From IMG/VR virus record IMGVR_UViG_3300024249_000184, positions 1-62,374 of that record: a stretch of DNA of 62,374 nt; one strand, written 5' to 3'. The position numbers and the translations under genes were made by a program. This stretch comes from a virus. Taxonomy: Duplodnaviria; Caudoviricetes. Position 1 is the first letter of the stretch; each line of letters begins with the position of its first letter. The notes beneath the pieces are model-generated. The model worked only from the letters and a program-made list of their open reading frames with translations, was not told where the DNA came from and made no database searches. Below, in pieces: positions 28,139-39,283 of this stretch.

Positions 28139-29950
28139 ATGTCTGTAATTGATAATCTACAAGTTTTAATTACGGCGGACGCGCGCGGTATTGATTCGGT
28201 CTTAAAAAGAACTCTGCAAACCGTTACAGGCACCGTAAATCAGATTAACAAACAAGAAGTAGACTGGACATCAATATTTACCCGAAGCGTATCGCCAGCA
28301 GTTATTGGAGCGGTGGCTTCGGTTTTTGCTTTTGCCATTTCTAATGCTATCCAGTTTCAAAGTGCCTTAAACCAAATAGGCACGGCGGCTGGTGAGAACG
28401 CGGGACAAATTGGGCAGTTAGGCCAAGCGGCATTAGGGCTATCTAACCAAGTCCCCTCCTCGGCCATAGACTTGGCAAATGCGATGGCACAACTGTCGGC
28501 TATTTTTCCCAACCTCAATGACCAACAAGCCGTGGCACAGGCTATGGCACAGTTAACAGCGGCAGGCTTTGGCAACTTAAACGACATTGTGGCCGCCACG
28601 CTTCCATTATTTAAACAATGGGGCGTGACCACGCAGGATCAGGCTATCTCTGTCCTAACCGACTTAATGCACGGTGCCGAAGCCGCAAAAGAGTCTATCC
28701 CCTCTTTAATCGGCCAGTTTATCCAATTTACGCCCGCCTTAGTTGCCAGCGGTGCTACGTTAAATGACTTTAATAAAATTTTGTCTGTTTTTTCCGCCGA
28801 GGTTAAAGACCTTGGTGTTCAAGATGCCCAGGCGCAATTCCAGGCGCTTACCGCCTCTTTAACCAGCATTACGGGTCCGATGGAATTATTGTTGGGCAAA
28901 AGTAGACAAGGAATTATTCAATCATTTTTGGGTGACGGCGGGTTAACCCTATTAACGGAAACTGCCGACAAGTTAAAAAGTTTGGGTGGGTTGGCACAAA
29001 CACTCGGGACCGCATTTGGTTTTACTGGCGATCAGGTAAACCGCTTTGTGGCCGATGCCAGCAAGATGCACAGCCAGGTCGCGCCCGATGCCGCGTTAAT
29101 TGCCACTAACTTACAAACTATAAAACAAGCCTCTGACCAAGCCCAAGGTTCAGTGGGTAATTTGCGTTTGCTGTGGAATCATTTCCTTAACGACATGACC
29201 CAATTAGGTCAATTATTCTTGCCGTTAATAAATGGTTTTGCAGGCGTGGTCAATAGCTGGCTAGGAGATATCGGCAAGTTTATTAAGGGTATGGGTGATG
29301 GTTTGGGTCAAATTATTTTTGATATCCAGCAGGGTAAAATCGGCCAGGCAATATTAGATACTATAAAATCAGGCTGGTCGTTAGCCCAAATCTTTTTAAA
29401 GGCCTCGCCGCTTGGGTTCCTTTTTAACTATGGAAACCTTTATGATATTTTGGGCAAAGTGGTGACGGCTATTCAAAGTGCTATGGCAGGAGTGCTTAAT
29501 AAAATTAACAGCGATGTGGCTGGTATAGTTTCTAAAGTCACCAGCCAAATTTCTGGTATTACTAACCAAGTCAGCAACTCGGTAAGCAAACTGCAAAGCG
29601 TTTCCAACAGCGTGTATAACAATGTGACTAGCAGTGCTTCAAAATTAAGCTCCGCACTTCAAGGCAAATATACTTCTTCCAACCCACAGCAGGAAGCTAT
29701 TGCCGAAAATTTATATAATTCGGGTTTGGGTTTTACCAACCCCATGATCTCAAAGATTGAAAGCCAGGCCTCAAGCAATAATTTATTGCAACAGTTGTTA
29801 AACGCGTTATCCCAAAATATTAGCGGCAGTTCTACTACCTTTGCCCAGCTAAAAAATACTTTTAACATTTCCACCTCCGCGGGACATACTTACAGCACCG
29901 CACAGGATATCGCTAAACAACTTTATCAGCAATTCCAAGGAGTTCAATAA
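28139..29950 (+). CDS. tape measure protein
   Basis: L.V.ITAD start; Ala/Gly/Gln-rich helical composition; position. Confidence 0.88.
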   Translation: MSVIDNLQVLITADARGIDSVLKRTLQTVTGTVNQINKQEVDWTSIFTRSVSPAVIGAVASVFAFAISNAIQFQSALNQIGTAAGENAGQIGQLGQAALGLSNQVPSSAIDLANAMAQLSAIFPNLNDQQAVAQAMAQLTAAGFGNLNDIVAATLPLFKQWGVTTQDQAISVLTDLMHGAEAAKESIPSLIGQFIQFTPALVASGATLNDFNKILSVFSAEVKDLGVQDAQAQFQALTASLTSITGPMELLLGKSRQGIIQSFLGDGGLTLLTETADKLKSLGGLAQTLGTAFGFTGDQVNRFVADASKMHSQVAPDAALIATNLQTIKQASDQAQGSVGNLRLLWNHFLNDMTQLGQLFLPLINGFAGVVNSWLGDIGKFIKGMGDGLGQIIFDIQQGKIGQAILDTIKSGWSLAQIFLKASPLGFLFNYGNLYDILGKVVTAIQSAMAGVLNKINSDVAGIVSKVTSQISGITNQVSNSVSKLQSVSNSVYNNVTSSASKLSSALQGKYTSSNPQQEAIAENLYNSGLGFTNPMISKIESQASSNNLLQQLLNALSQNISGSSTTFAQLKNTFNISTSAGHTYSTAQDIAKQLYQQFQGVQ

Positions 29951-30828
29951 TGGACTTAGCAACTTTTATAGCGACATACAATGGGACGTTCGTAAATTTT
30001 AATGGGACGACCCATCAATGCATGGATTTATATCGCAAGTATGTCCAGCTTGTTTGGCAATTACCGCAAACGCCTGGGGTCGTGGGTGCTTATCAAGTTT
30101 TTAATACTTTGGGTTCGGATTATATAAAAATACCTTATACGGCAGGGGCGTTCCCTTTGCCTGGCGACGTGGTGTGCTGGAATCAAAGTTTTTCAGCATT
30201 CGGGCATATAGCGATAGTCAATACGGCGAATGCATCCACTATGCAGGTATTCGAGCAGAATGACCCTATCGGCGCGCCAAGCCAATTAGGAACGCATGGA
30301 TATAGCAATGTCACTGGTTGGTTTCGGCCAGTCGGCGGCGTATCTCCAACTCCTCCTGATCCAATTCAGCCAATTACCTCACTTAGGTATATAATTTTAG
30401 ATGGACACAAATATGTAATTCAGACGGACACTTACAATATGAAGTGGACGCGCTCTTTTTCATCACAATTAGCAGGCAACATTATTAGATTAAATTTTGT
30501 TGACCGCGGTGCGGGTATTAGGGTCTTTGATTTTACATTAATCTTGGAAACTTGGGCGGTAAATTCCTTGCCTTACAAAGACGGGGTTACGGAATCTTGG
30601 GATACTCAATTACAAAATTTGGAAGCCAGCTACGCCTTGAAAGCCCGCATCTTGCCCTTCCAAGACCCAACAGGCCGCTCGCCAGGCCCATCTGCACAAA
30701 ATGGCGTATTCTTTACCAACCTTACTGAGATAATTCCAAAATATGCCACTCCTTTAAAACCGATTGTATTAGCTCAGATTGAATTGACCGAAGCTACTCA
30801 ACTAATTAACGGCGGACAAAATCAATAA
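29950..30828 (+). CDS. CHAP domain fused to distal-tail-like domain
   Basis: QCMDL...PGDVVCW...GHIAIV...FEQN; C-terminal half paralogous to the next gene. Confidence 0.85.
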   Translation: MDLATFIATYNGTFVNFNGTTHQCMDLYRKYVQLVWQLPQTPGVVGAYQVFNTLGSDYIKIPYTAGAFPLPGDVVCWNQSFSAFGHIAIVNTANASTMQVFEQNDPIGAPSQLGTHGYSNVTGWFRPVGGVSPTPPDPIQPITSLRYIILDGHKYVIQTDTYNMKWTRSFSSQLAGNIIRLNFVDRGAGIRVFDFTLILETWAVNSLPYKDGVTESWDTQLQNLEASYALKARILPFQDPTGRSPGPSAQNGVFFTNLTEIIPKYATPLKPIVLAQIELTEATQLINGGQNQ

Positions 30829-30829
30829 T

Positions 30830-31288
30830 ATGTCATTACCATTTTACAGATACATAATTTTAGACGGGAAAAAATACGTGGTGGCCTCGGACACTTATAG
30901 CATGAAATGGTCGCGCGCGTTTACTTCCCAACTGGCTGGCAATATTATCCGCTTGAATTTTATTGACCGTGGTCCAGGCATTCGTTTGTTTGATATGACT
31001 TTAATTTTACAAACTTGGAAGCCTGGCTCTCAGCCTTATATTGACGGGATAACCGACCCGTGGAATGTGCAGTTGCAGAATTTAGAATCTAGTTATGCAT
31101 TACAGGCCACGGTGCTTGATTTCCAAGATCCGTTCGGCCGCCACCCTAATCCAACAACAGGCGGTGCAGGCGATTACGGCGTATTTTTTACCAATCTGAG
31201 TGAAATTATCCCCAAATACTCCACCCCGCAAAAACCTTTTATGTTATGTGAAATTGAATTAACAGAAGCGACCCAAGTGGTTGCCTAA
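30830..31288 (+). CDS. distal-tail-like protein
   Basis: Position after the TMP; near-duplicate of the upstream C-terminal domain. Confidence 0.6.
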   Translation: MSLPFYRYIILDGKKYVVASDTYSMKWSRAFTSQLAGNIIRLNFIDRGPGIRLFDMTLILQTWKPGSQPYIDGITDPWNVQLQNLESSYALQATVLDFQDPFGRHPNPTTGGAGDYGVFFTNLSEIIPKYSTPQKPFMLCEIELTEATQVVA

Positions 31289-31832
31289 GAATATGCACTC
31301 TCCCTTTGTCACAATCCGCAGTAAAAGCGCACCTTACCAAGTTATTACCTCGGTGGCTTATACCATGTCCGCGCTTGGCGGCAACCTGCTCCCCGTTAAG
31401 GAGGGGGAAAATTCCACGCTTGTTTATTTTCGTATTTACAATAATTGGAATGGCTCGGGTAGCGTGGCAACTATGAACAATGTCCGTATTACGGTATTTG
31501 ATGACGCTGATTCCAATTCTCATACGGCCGCCAAATCGCCAGTTTCGCAATCATGGGTCAGGATTTTTGAAACAGGTTTCGGGGAAGGTTCTACCACTCC
31601 AGCATTGCTGACACAATTTATTGGGGAAGATACCCCGATAGGCAGATCGGGAGTAGATTCCTATTTGCCTGAATACGGCAGTAACGGTCAACCCATACCA
31701 AGTTTGCGAGCAGGAACGGACGGCAATGGTGTGGGTTTTATTGAATTTGCCACTTATGTGGAAGCGCCCGATATGATAGGTTTCGGGAATTATACGCTTG
31801 CTCTTTCATTAGATTATCAATGGTCAACATGA
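31281..31832 (+). CDS. tail-associated hypothetical protein
   Basis: ORF in the tail operon (ATG at 31293 is the likely start). Confidence 0.65.
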   Translation: MPKNMHSPFVTIRSKSAPYQVITSVAYTMSALGGNLLPVKEGENSTLVYFRIYNNWNGSGSVATMNNVRITVFDDADSNSHTAAKSPVSQSWVRIFETGFGEGSTTPALLTQFIGEDTPIGRSGVDSYLPEYGSNGQPIPSLRAGTDGNGVGFIEFATYVEAPDMIGFGNYTLALSLDYQWST

Positions 31833-32248
31833 TTGCCGACAATATCCCAAAAACTGAAAATACTTTACAGGAACGCGGCTTGCCCGATGATTCTTATTTT
31901 GAGGTGGTTTTTAAAGACGGTTCTTCTGTCAGTGAAGTTAATACCAACTGGTCAGCTTTTTCCAAACGGGAAATAATAGATTGCTTCGGACACAAGCAGG
32001 CCTGTTTTATTTCAATTTACCCTATCCGAAGCATTAAAATAAAACTCAATGGCTTGGAAGCTTTTATTGATGAAGTGCCTGACGGGGTTGAGGTTTACCA
32101 ATTCATGCGCTCGGAAAGGGTGCTGGCCAATAATATAGATAAAGATTCGGTGATTGGCCGAGGTATAGGTATGATTAAGGACGGCGCGGTGATTGAGGAG
32201 CGATTTATTAACGCCTACGAAAATAAAGTGCAGGGAATGAGAATTTAA
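31820..32248 (+). CDS. hypothetical protein
   Basis: ORF in the tail operon. Confidence 0.65.
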   Translation: MVNMIADNIPKTENTLQERGLPDDSYFEVVFKDGSSVSEVNTNWSAFSKREIIDCFGHKQACFISIYPIRSIKIKLNGLEAFIDEVPDGVEVYQFMRSERVLANNIDKDSVIGRGIGMIKDGAVIEERFINAYENKVQGMRI

Positions 32249-32249
32249 T

Positions 32250-35200
32250 ATGGCCGATTTAAATATAAATGTTAATGATGCAATAACCGTAACCGAAAGT
32301 CTTTCGGCTATGGGTTCTGCCGTGGCGTATAAAATAACCAGTATCGGCTATTTTCCTTTTACCCTTGACGCACCCACCACGGTTTCTTTGGTTCACAATA
32401 GCGTGTCGGCAGGTATTAACATTCCGTTTGACCTATTCTTTTTTGGAGAGGAATTACTGGTCTCCGATGGCTGGCAGTTTTATATCGGTAGCAATGGTCT
32501 TGTGGGCTTTGATTCCACAAGCATGGACACCGCACTCCCCACGGGAACAATTCCAAATAATACTACCCCCGATTACCAAATTTTTGGTTATTGGCACGAC
32601 CTTGATCCGAGCGCGGGCGGCGTTGTTAGATACCAAGTTATTGCTGGCCAAGTTTTGGTTATTGAATTTAACAATGTGCCTGAATTTGGAAATCCCGAAA
32701 CTTCCAACACTTTCCAAATTTGTATTTTTAATAACGACCCAGGCAACGATAACAGGATAGAGATATTTACGCTTGCCACCTCTAACGAGTTGGGGGCTAA
32801 CAGCGTTCAGGGTTTGCAAAATGGTGACAGCACGATTGCCTCCGCATTAGGAAGCAGGAACTACCAGCCATTTACCTTGGCTAGTGATGCCGTGCAGTTT
32901 TCATGGGATTATGTTCGGTTAATAAATGTCGCCGATGCCATTACCGTTTCGGAAGATATTACGGTAAGCATGAAAAGGCGCATCAATGTTTTTGACGCCA
33001 TCTCGGTTACGGAAAATGTTACTTTCCATACTTCCCACCTTAACATTTTCGTTTTTGACAATGTCACGGTTAACGATACGGAAGATTTGTCCGAAACAAT
33101 CCCATTAAGTATTTTTGACAGCGTATCGGTTTCGGATTTAATTACGGGCATGGACATATTCAGGAGTTCAATGGACTTGCCCGCCACTCTAATTACTTCA
33201 GGCTACAAATGGTTGACCCAAAGTTTGCTGGCCGCGCAACAGCAATTCACTACCCAGCCATATTTTACCGCCCAAATAATTGACGATTCTATTAAGCCCA
33301 CGGGGGTATCGTCCAGTCCCGTTGCGCCCTACTCCCGCGGCGCGGCCGCCACTACGCCAGATGACTACATTGTGGCCGCTGGGTTTGGTAATGCCGATAA
33401 CCACATTCATTTTTACAAAACCCGCAATTTGGCCAACGGCTGGGATATTGATATTACCTTGGACACAGACCCCAGCATATTGACCGCCTACGCTAATAAT
33501 CAGGTCGCCATAGCCGTTTCCGACCCCGTGAACGGCAGTTACCACATTGACGTGGCTTATTTTGCCAATTTTGACGGTTCGCAGGGCGGAAACCCGAATT
33601 TGATAGTCCGCCTGCAACGCTCCGAGGACGGCGGTGCTACATGGACGCTAATCACCGTCACGCCCTCAAATCTGCCTTGGGTGACCTATAACGCGGCCGA
33701 TCCGCCTAATTTATACATAGCTTTGATGAAACCGCGACTGGAGCTTGGAATTATGACCAGCGCGTTCATTTACCCGCAAAGGAACACCAGCATCGTTTCG
33801 TCTGGCTATACCACCTACAAATTGACCTATTTCCTATTCCAGCCCTCAGGCGGGTTCTATGTGGACTGGGGCTCTAACGTGGACAGCGGCGACTGGACGA
33901 TCCATTCTTTTGACAGCTATTTCCTGAACGGTGTTGACTACCTGATTTTTTCGGGCTTTAGAAATATTATTGATGTGCCTAATGCCAAATCCGATAAACA
34001 AAACCCCAACTATGCATTATGGATAACTGCGGCTTTGCGCCGCGCCACCGTGGCCGCGCCGACCGATGACTTGTGGTTGCCGCCGATAAATATTATCCCC
34101 GCGGACTCCGCAACCTTTGTAAATCAAAACCAATACATTTACCCGCGCGCGAGCGTGCAGAATGGTTTTGTTGATGTGCTGTTTAAAGCGCTGACGGTTG
34201 ATTCGGTTTCCCAATCCGCCCAAGGTGCCAACGCCTCCACAATCACCACGCATGAAAATTACATGCTAATGCGGTCAAAGGACGGCCAGAATTTCCAATA
34301 TCCGCAAATCATGGTGGACTCTAGCGCAAATGAAATTTTGGAATTCAGCCCGACAAACCAACTCCAGTCTTTCGTTAAGCAGGATAATCTTTATTACATG
34401 TGCGGCGGTAGCCAGTCAATCCAATTTATTTTCAACGATACCGTGGCGGATATTACCACGGACGTTATCGGTTATACCATTGCCGAGGTCGCTGGCCAGC
34501 CCTCGTCCATTAACTTGAAATTGGCCAACCAAGACAATCAATGGGTCGGAGCCTCACCAACCAACCCAGGCGCTTCGGCCATAATCAAAAATAGTAAAAT
34601 TGTCATCTGGCAAGGATTCTATAACTCTGACGGCGTTGCCGAGCTTGTGCCGCGCAATATTTATTATATTGATGACATCAATCAGCAGGTAACCTCCAAC
34701 CAAAACGATGTGCAGATTATCGGTCGCGATTGGTTTAAAAAACTGAAAACTTTAATTACCCGTTTCTCCCTGCAATGGGTGGGACCGTATTTCTATTCGG
34801 ATATTTTTGATGGCACAACCCTAAGCAACTGGAATCAACAGACAAACTCTTGGATTGAGGACAGCGACCAAATCGTAACGAGCGATGATTTTGAGGACGA
34901 CAGCATTATTACTTTTGCCCGCTCGGCGCAAGTGCCGTTCGGCTCAACTATGATTGTGAACGCTACCAATCCGTTCGTTAACCCGACTGGCGGTAGTATG
35001 TATATTTACGCGTTTTACATTGATCAAGACCATTTCCTGCGGTTGAATATAACCTATACTGGCGGCGGCACATATTCGTGGGCGGTGGAATTAGGAATAG
35101 CCACGGGTAATATCACCGTATTGGATAACGGCATTTTCACATGGACGGGTGACGGCTATTTGTCTTTTATGGTCAGGCAATACGATTACTATAAATGGAA

Positions 35201-36620
35201 TTTCTTATTTACGGCTGTCCCCGCTTTTGTCGGCAATCCTTTGGCCTCATGGAATAGCGCAACCTTATTAAAAAATACCACCAACGGGGAATTTAACCCC
35301 TCGCAATTCCTCAGCACCGCGGATTTCCAAAAACCGTGGGCTGTCGGCCTTGGCTGTAAAAATATCCAAGTGCCGTTTGGTTTTTTCCGCTATTCGCAAT
35401 TCGGACCCGTGACCAACATCTTGTCAGTCATTAAAGCCTTGTCCGCCCGTGCGGGAATATTTGACAGCAAAGTGCAGAATAATTTTACCGAGCCATTGAT
35501 TGACCCGCAGTTTAGCGGTGACTTTAAAATTTATAATCGGCGGTTGGTGGTTCAGCCTGACGGCACGGCTATTGATATTAACCCTGACTTGCAAATCGGT
35601 AACGGCGAACTGATTTTTACCGCCCGCGTGCAACCTGCCGTGACTGACGAAAATGCCGAGTTTGGTTTTTCCTTTATCTTCCGCGCTGATGACGATGTGC
35701 CTGACAATGCTTACCAATTCAGGATTCAGCAACATCATGACGGCAACGGCTTTGTCTCCTGTCGCTTTGAACGCGTGGCGTTAGGCACAACTTATATTTT
35801 CCCCAATAGCTCGGCCGATGACCAGTTTAGCAGTCCGATGCTTGGCTCTTTGAATATTGATCTTACTAAAAACCATGTTTATAAAATTACGATGGTTGAC
35901 GGTTGGATGTATGCGTATATTGACGGGGTTATGGTGGCGGTTTGGAATGACAACAATACCGACTTGGATTTCCTTACGGACGGCTTCTGGGGTTTCAAGT
36001 CCAATGACAGCAACTCCACGGTTTTTGTGAAAGATATCTACTCCCCTATTTTCTGGAAACCCGTGCAGACTTTTTCCTTTAACCCAGGCGATGACGCTGA
36101 AAATGCCGTGCTGTCGCTGGTGCAAAGTATCCGCGGCTGGGTATTCTCGGACTTAATCGGTCGCATGAAAATTATTTTATTGTCCACCAATGACACCTCG
36201 GAATACACTTACGAAAACCAGCTTTGGAATCAAAGTGTGGACAGTTCGGATAAGGAATATGTCAGCCAAGTTACGGTTTATGGCACGGGCGTGGCGGCCA
36301 CGGCGCGGGACACCACGCTGATGTCAGGCGTGAGCGTCCGCGATGCCATTGTGGTTGATTACAGCATTACCACCCAAAGCGATGCCCAAGTGCGCGCCAA
36401 TAATGAATTACTGAACATCAACCAATACCGCAACCAGTTTTCACCCAAGCAGGTGATCAATGTCGGTGCGGAATTGTTTGACGCGATAACGGTTATCAAT
36501 ACTGGCAATAACACCACGGGCGTGGATTCACCTAGCCGCGTCTATGCCCAAACCATTAACGAGGGGGGCGGTAATAACACCAGCGATTATTCTCTCGTGC
36601 TACAAACTGGAAATCTTTAA
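32250..36620 (+). CDS. large tail tip/hub protein with inserted propeller-like and lectin-like domains
   Basis: 1456 aa; SEDGGATW Asp-box; GRD..K.L hub motif; five VxDxIxVxE repeats near the N-terminus. Confidence 0.75.
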   Translation: MADLNINVNDAITVTESLSAMGSAVAYKITSIGYFPFTLDAPTTVSLVHNSVSAGINIPFDLFFFGEELLVSDGWQFYIGSNGLVGFDSTSMDTALPTGTIPNNTTPDYQIFGYWHDLDPSAGGVVRYQVIAGQVLVIEFNNVPEFGNPETSNTFQICIFNNDPGNDNRIEIFTLATSNELGANSVQGLQNGDSTIASALGSRNYQPFTLASDAVQFSWDYVRLINVADAITVSEDITVSMKRRINVFDAISVTENVTFHTSHLNIFVFDNVTVNDTEDLSETIPLSIFDSVSVSDLITGMDIFRSSMDLPATLITSGYKWLTQSLLAAQQQFTTQPYFTAQIIDDSIKPTGVSSSPVAPYSRGAAATTPDDYIVAAGFGNADNHIHFYKTRNLANGWDIDITLDTDPSILTAYANNQVAIAVSDPVNGSYHIDVAYFANFDGSQGGNPNLIVRLQRSEDGGATWTLITVTPSNLPWVTYNAADPPNLYIALMKPRLELGIMTSAFIYPQRNTSIVSSGYTTYKLTYFLFQPSGGFYVDWGSNVDSGDWTIHSFDSYFLNGVDYLIFSGFRNIIDVPNAKSDKQNPNYALWITAALRRATVAAPTDDLWLPPINIIPADSATFVNQNQYIYPRASVQNGFVDVLFKALTVDSVSQSAQGANASTITTHENYMLMRSKDGQNFQYPQIMVDSSANEILEFSPTNQLQSFVKQDNLYYMCGGSQSIQFIFNDTVADITTDVIGYTIAEVAGQPSSINLKLANQDNQWVGASPTNPGASAIIKNSKIVIWQGFYNSDGVAELVPRNIYYIDDINQQVTSNQNDVQIIGRDWFKKLKTLITRFSLQWVGPYFYSDIFDGTTLSNWNQQTNSWIEDSDQIVTSDDFEDDSIITFARSAQVPFGSTMIVNATNPFVNPTGGSMYIYAFYIDQDHFLRLNITYTGGGTYSWAVELGIATGNITVLDNGIFTWTGDGYLSFMVRQYDYYKWNFLFTAVPAFVGNPLASWNSATLLKNTTNGEFNPSQFLSTADFQKPWAVGLGCKNIQVPFGFFRYSQFGPVTNILSVIKALSARAGIFDSKVQNNFTEPLIDPQFSGDFKIYNRRLVVQPDGTAIDINPDLQIGNGELIFTARVQPAVTDENAEFGFSFIFRADDDVPDNAYQFRIQQHHDGNGFVSCRFERVALGTTYIFPNSSADDQFSSPMLGSLNIDLTKNHVYKITMVDGWMYAYIDGVMVAVWNDNNTDLDFLTDGFWGFKSNDSNSTVFVKDIYSPIFWKPVQTFSFNPGDDAENAVLSLVQSIRGWVFSDLIGRMKIILLSTNDTSEYTYENQLWNQSVDSSDKEYVSQVTVYGTGVAATARDTTLMSGVSVRDAIVVDYSITTQSDAQVRANNELLNINQYRNQFSPKQVINVGAELFDAITVINTGNNTTGVDSPSRVYAQTINEGGGNNTSDYSLVLQTGNL

Positions 36621-36641
36621 TTTTAGCCTTATACTTTAGAT

Positions 36642-38924
36642 ATGAGTTTAATCCCCATAAACCAAACTTTCCAAAGCCAGCAGAGCAAGCTTGTCAAAGC
36701 TTCGGTTAAGCGCGCCGTGATTAACAATATCAATGTCGGGACGCGCACGGCCGATGTTTATTTCGTGGAAAATCCGCAAACGGTTATCCGTAATATCCCG
36801 ATTGCCAGCGGTATTGATGTCGCCTCTATCTCCGTGGGCATGCAGGCGCGCGTAGACACCTTTGACGAAACCAACCCCAATAATATGGTCATCAGCTATG
36901 TTATGGGTCAGGCCAGCCCGAAAACGGTTGCACAGAAAAGGTTTATTGACCTTACCGATGTGCCGCAGTCTTATGTTGGTGCGGCGGGGAATTTTGTAAA
37001 AGTTTTGGCTACCGAGGACGGTTTGGAATTCGTGGCGGGCGGCGGCGGAGGCAATATTTTTGCCCGAACTGCAACCTTTGTAGTTGTCGCTTCCAATGCC
37101 ACAGATTTAGTAGACGGAGATTTCTTTTGCACTGGCACCTCCGATGAACTGGTTATCCAGCAGGCCTTAGATGCCTTACCTGCCAATGGCGGCCGTATTA
37201 TTTTAAGCGACGGGACATTTAACATCTCCTTTGACGCCATGGACGGATTCAGGATAAAAATCCAAAAGCCAGGCATCACCATACAAGGCCAAGGGCAAGG
37301 CACTATAATGAAATTTGACGATGGGTTGATTGGTGATCAGACCATGATTTATAACGGCGACCAAGTTCCTTATTTAAAAATTAGAGATATCTTTTTTGAC
37401 GGCAACTGGCGCAACATTAGCGTAATTGAAGCCACCGACGGCGGATTGGTAAGACTGGGACCGAAAGCCGAGGTCAGCGGGTGTGTATTTTATAATTCCT
37501 GCGGCTATGCCATTGTGACGGGATTGGTTGACGGTGGAGAAACTTCCGCAAATACGGGCGGGGATTTTATTCACCACAATGACTTTTTGGAATGCCACCC
37601 TGAAATCAACGAAAATACCAGCTACATAATTGCTTTAAATGACGCCTATGAGGGCGCGGTTATTTCGGATAACTTTTTTGAGGAAACCACTAATCCCGAG
37701 GGTATCTGGATTGCCGACACCGCCCGTTTTGCCAGTGTGGATTTTAATAAAGTTACCAATAACTATTTTCACAGCACCTCGCCTAACGCTTCCATGTTAT
37801 TTGTTTCAGGAATTCAAATTACTTCCCATAACACATTTTTGATTGAAGGTGACGGCTTTGAGGGGACGGCAATTACAGGTGATAATTTGGATTCTATAAT
37901 TGACGGTAATTATATTGAGCATTGGTTTGTCCCCGTGGCAGGGTCAATCGTGATGTTTTACGGCTGGAATATTATTAACAATTTTATAACTTTCGCGGCC
38001 GAGGCCATTGACGGCAACCAAGCTAACATAATTGGTAACCATATCTATGGTTACTACTTGGGCATTTCCAGCTCAGGGCTTGACCAAGGATTTATAAATG
38101 ATAATTATCTTTATTATTTTAGCGGGTTTGGCTACTACGAGGATTATTCTTTTGTCCATGTCGGGATTAACATAACTTCCAGCGGTGGCTCGCGCATGAA
38201 TGTAGTCGGTAATGTTTTGGATTTTGACGGCAACCATACAAAAACAACGGCTGGCCATTTGACCGTGGGTATAGCGGGTAATGCTAACCAAAGTAACATC
38301 TCCAATAATATTATTAGCGATTCCAATATCGGGATTACCTTTGGTTCTCCGTGTATAGTTGCCAATAATGTTTTAGTCGGCAATTTTTATGGCATATGGT
38401 CTGCGTATGTTGACCCCAGCGGTAGTGGTTCTGCTACGGGCGTAACAGGGGCAAAATCCGACCATTCCATTATTTCGCATAATTTTATTTATGGGCAATC
38501 GGGAAGTTTCCAAGTTGGATTTTACGCCTTTGCCTTGACGGTCGGTGACGAAATTAGCGGCACCTCCTTGGGGAATGTGATTGAAGGCAATATTATACAG
38601 GAGTATGGCTGGGAAGGAATTAGGCTATTGGATTGTAGCTATGCTACGATTAACGCCAATGTTCTCCAAAATGTGGGTAAGGTCGCAAATAATGCTTACG
38701 CCGCAATTTTGATTACCAACGGGGTGCTTAATTCAACTTACAATACCTTAAATGGGAATACGGTAAGGTCGTCGTATTCCAATAAGCACAGATACGGCAT
38801 TCGCGAAAATAGTTCAAGCGATGGACCAAACATTATGCTGGGAAATATCCTGCGCAATGCGGTCACCGCCAATTTGTCCACGCTAAATGCCTCAACAATT
38901 AAAGCTCATAATATAACTACATAA
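36642..38924 (+). CDS. tail spike with right-handed beta-helix (pectin-lyase-like)
   Basis: F..LTDVP.SY.G linker; IQQALD.LP..GG.I.L..GT; repeated I..N.I strands. Confidence 0.85.
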   Translation: MSLIPINQTFQSQQSKLVKASVKRAVINNINVGTRTADVYFVENPQTVIRNIPIASGIDVASISVGMQARVDTFDETNPNNMVISYVMGQASPKTVAQKRFIDLTDVPQSYVGAAGNFVKVLATEDGLEFVAGGGGGNIFARTATFVVVASNATDLVDGDFFCTGTSDELVIQQALDALPANGGRIILSDGTFNISFDAMDGFRIKIQKPGITIQGQGQGTIMKFDDGLIGDQTMIYNGDQVPYLKIRDIFFDGNWRNISVIEATDGGLVRLGPKAEVSGCVFYNSCGYAIVTGLVDGGETSANTGGDFIHHNDFLECHPEINENTSYIIALNDAYEGAVISDNFFEETTNPEGIWIADTARFASVDFNKVTNNYFHSTSPNASMLFVSGIQITSHNTFLIEGDGFEGTAITGDNLDSIIDGNYIEHWFVPVAGSIVMFYGWNIINNFITFAAEAIDGNQANIIGNHIYGYYLGISSSGLDQGFINDNYLYYFSGFGYYEDYSFVHVGINITSSGGSRMNVVGNVLDFDGNHTKTTAGHLTVGIAGNANQSNISNNIISDSNIGITFGSPCIVANNVLVGNFYGIWSAYVDPSGSGSATGVTGAKSDHSIISHNFIYGQSGSFQVGFYAFALTVGDEISGTSLGNVIEGNIIQEYGWEGIRLLDCSYATINANVLQNVGKVANNAYAAILITNGVLNSTYNTLNGNTVRSSYSNKHRYGIRENSSSDGPNIMLGNILRNAVTANLSTLNASTIKAHNITT

Positions 38925-38928
38925 TAAT

Positions 38929-39246
38929 ATGGAAGCAACTTACACAGTTAAATCAATAGAGGACAAAGGCACGCGCCTGATAATTCATTTCCGCGTGGAC
39001 TTTGACGGCAGGTATAGTAATTCTATTCTTATCGTCAGGTCGGACACCACCGAGGACGAATTAAAACAGCGTTTACAGCAACGCGCCGAGGTGGTTAAGG
39101 CCATGCTTACCCGCACGCCTCAAGACCTCACGGGAGAACAAATCGTAAGCCAGGCCAAAGCCCAAGTTTCCAACATAGACGGCTTGCGCCAACTGATTGA
39201 CCAAAAGTTTGACCTCCCCAGTAATCCTGACGCGGAAGCAGTATAA
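38929..39246 (+). CDS. hypothetical protein (possible spike chaperone)
   Basis: Position after the tail spike. Confidence 0.55.
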   Translation: MEATYTVKSIEDKGTRLIIHFRVDFDGRYSNSILIVRSDTTEDELKQRLQQRAEVVKAMLTRTPQDLTGEQIVSQAKAQVSNIDGLRQLIDQKFDLPSNPDAEAV

Positions 39247-39283
39247 TATAATAAAGGTCGTTAATTAAAAGAAACAAACAAAC

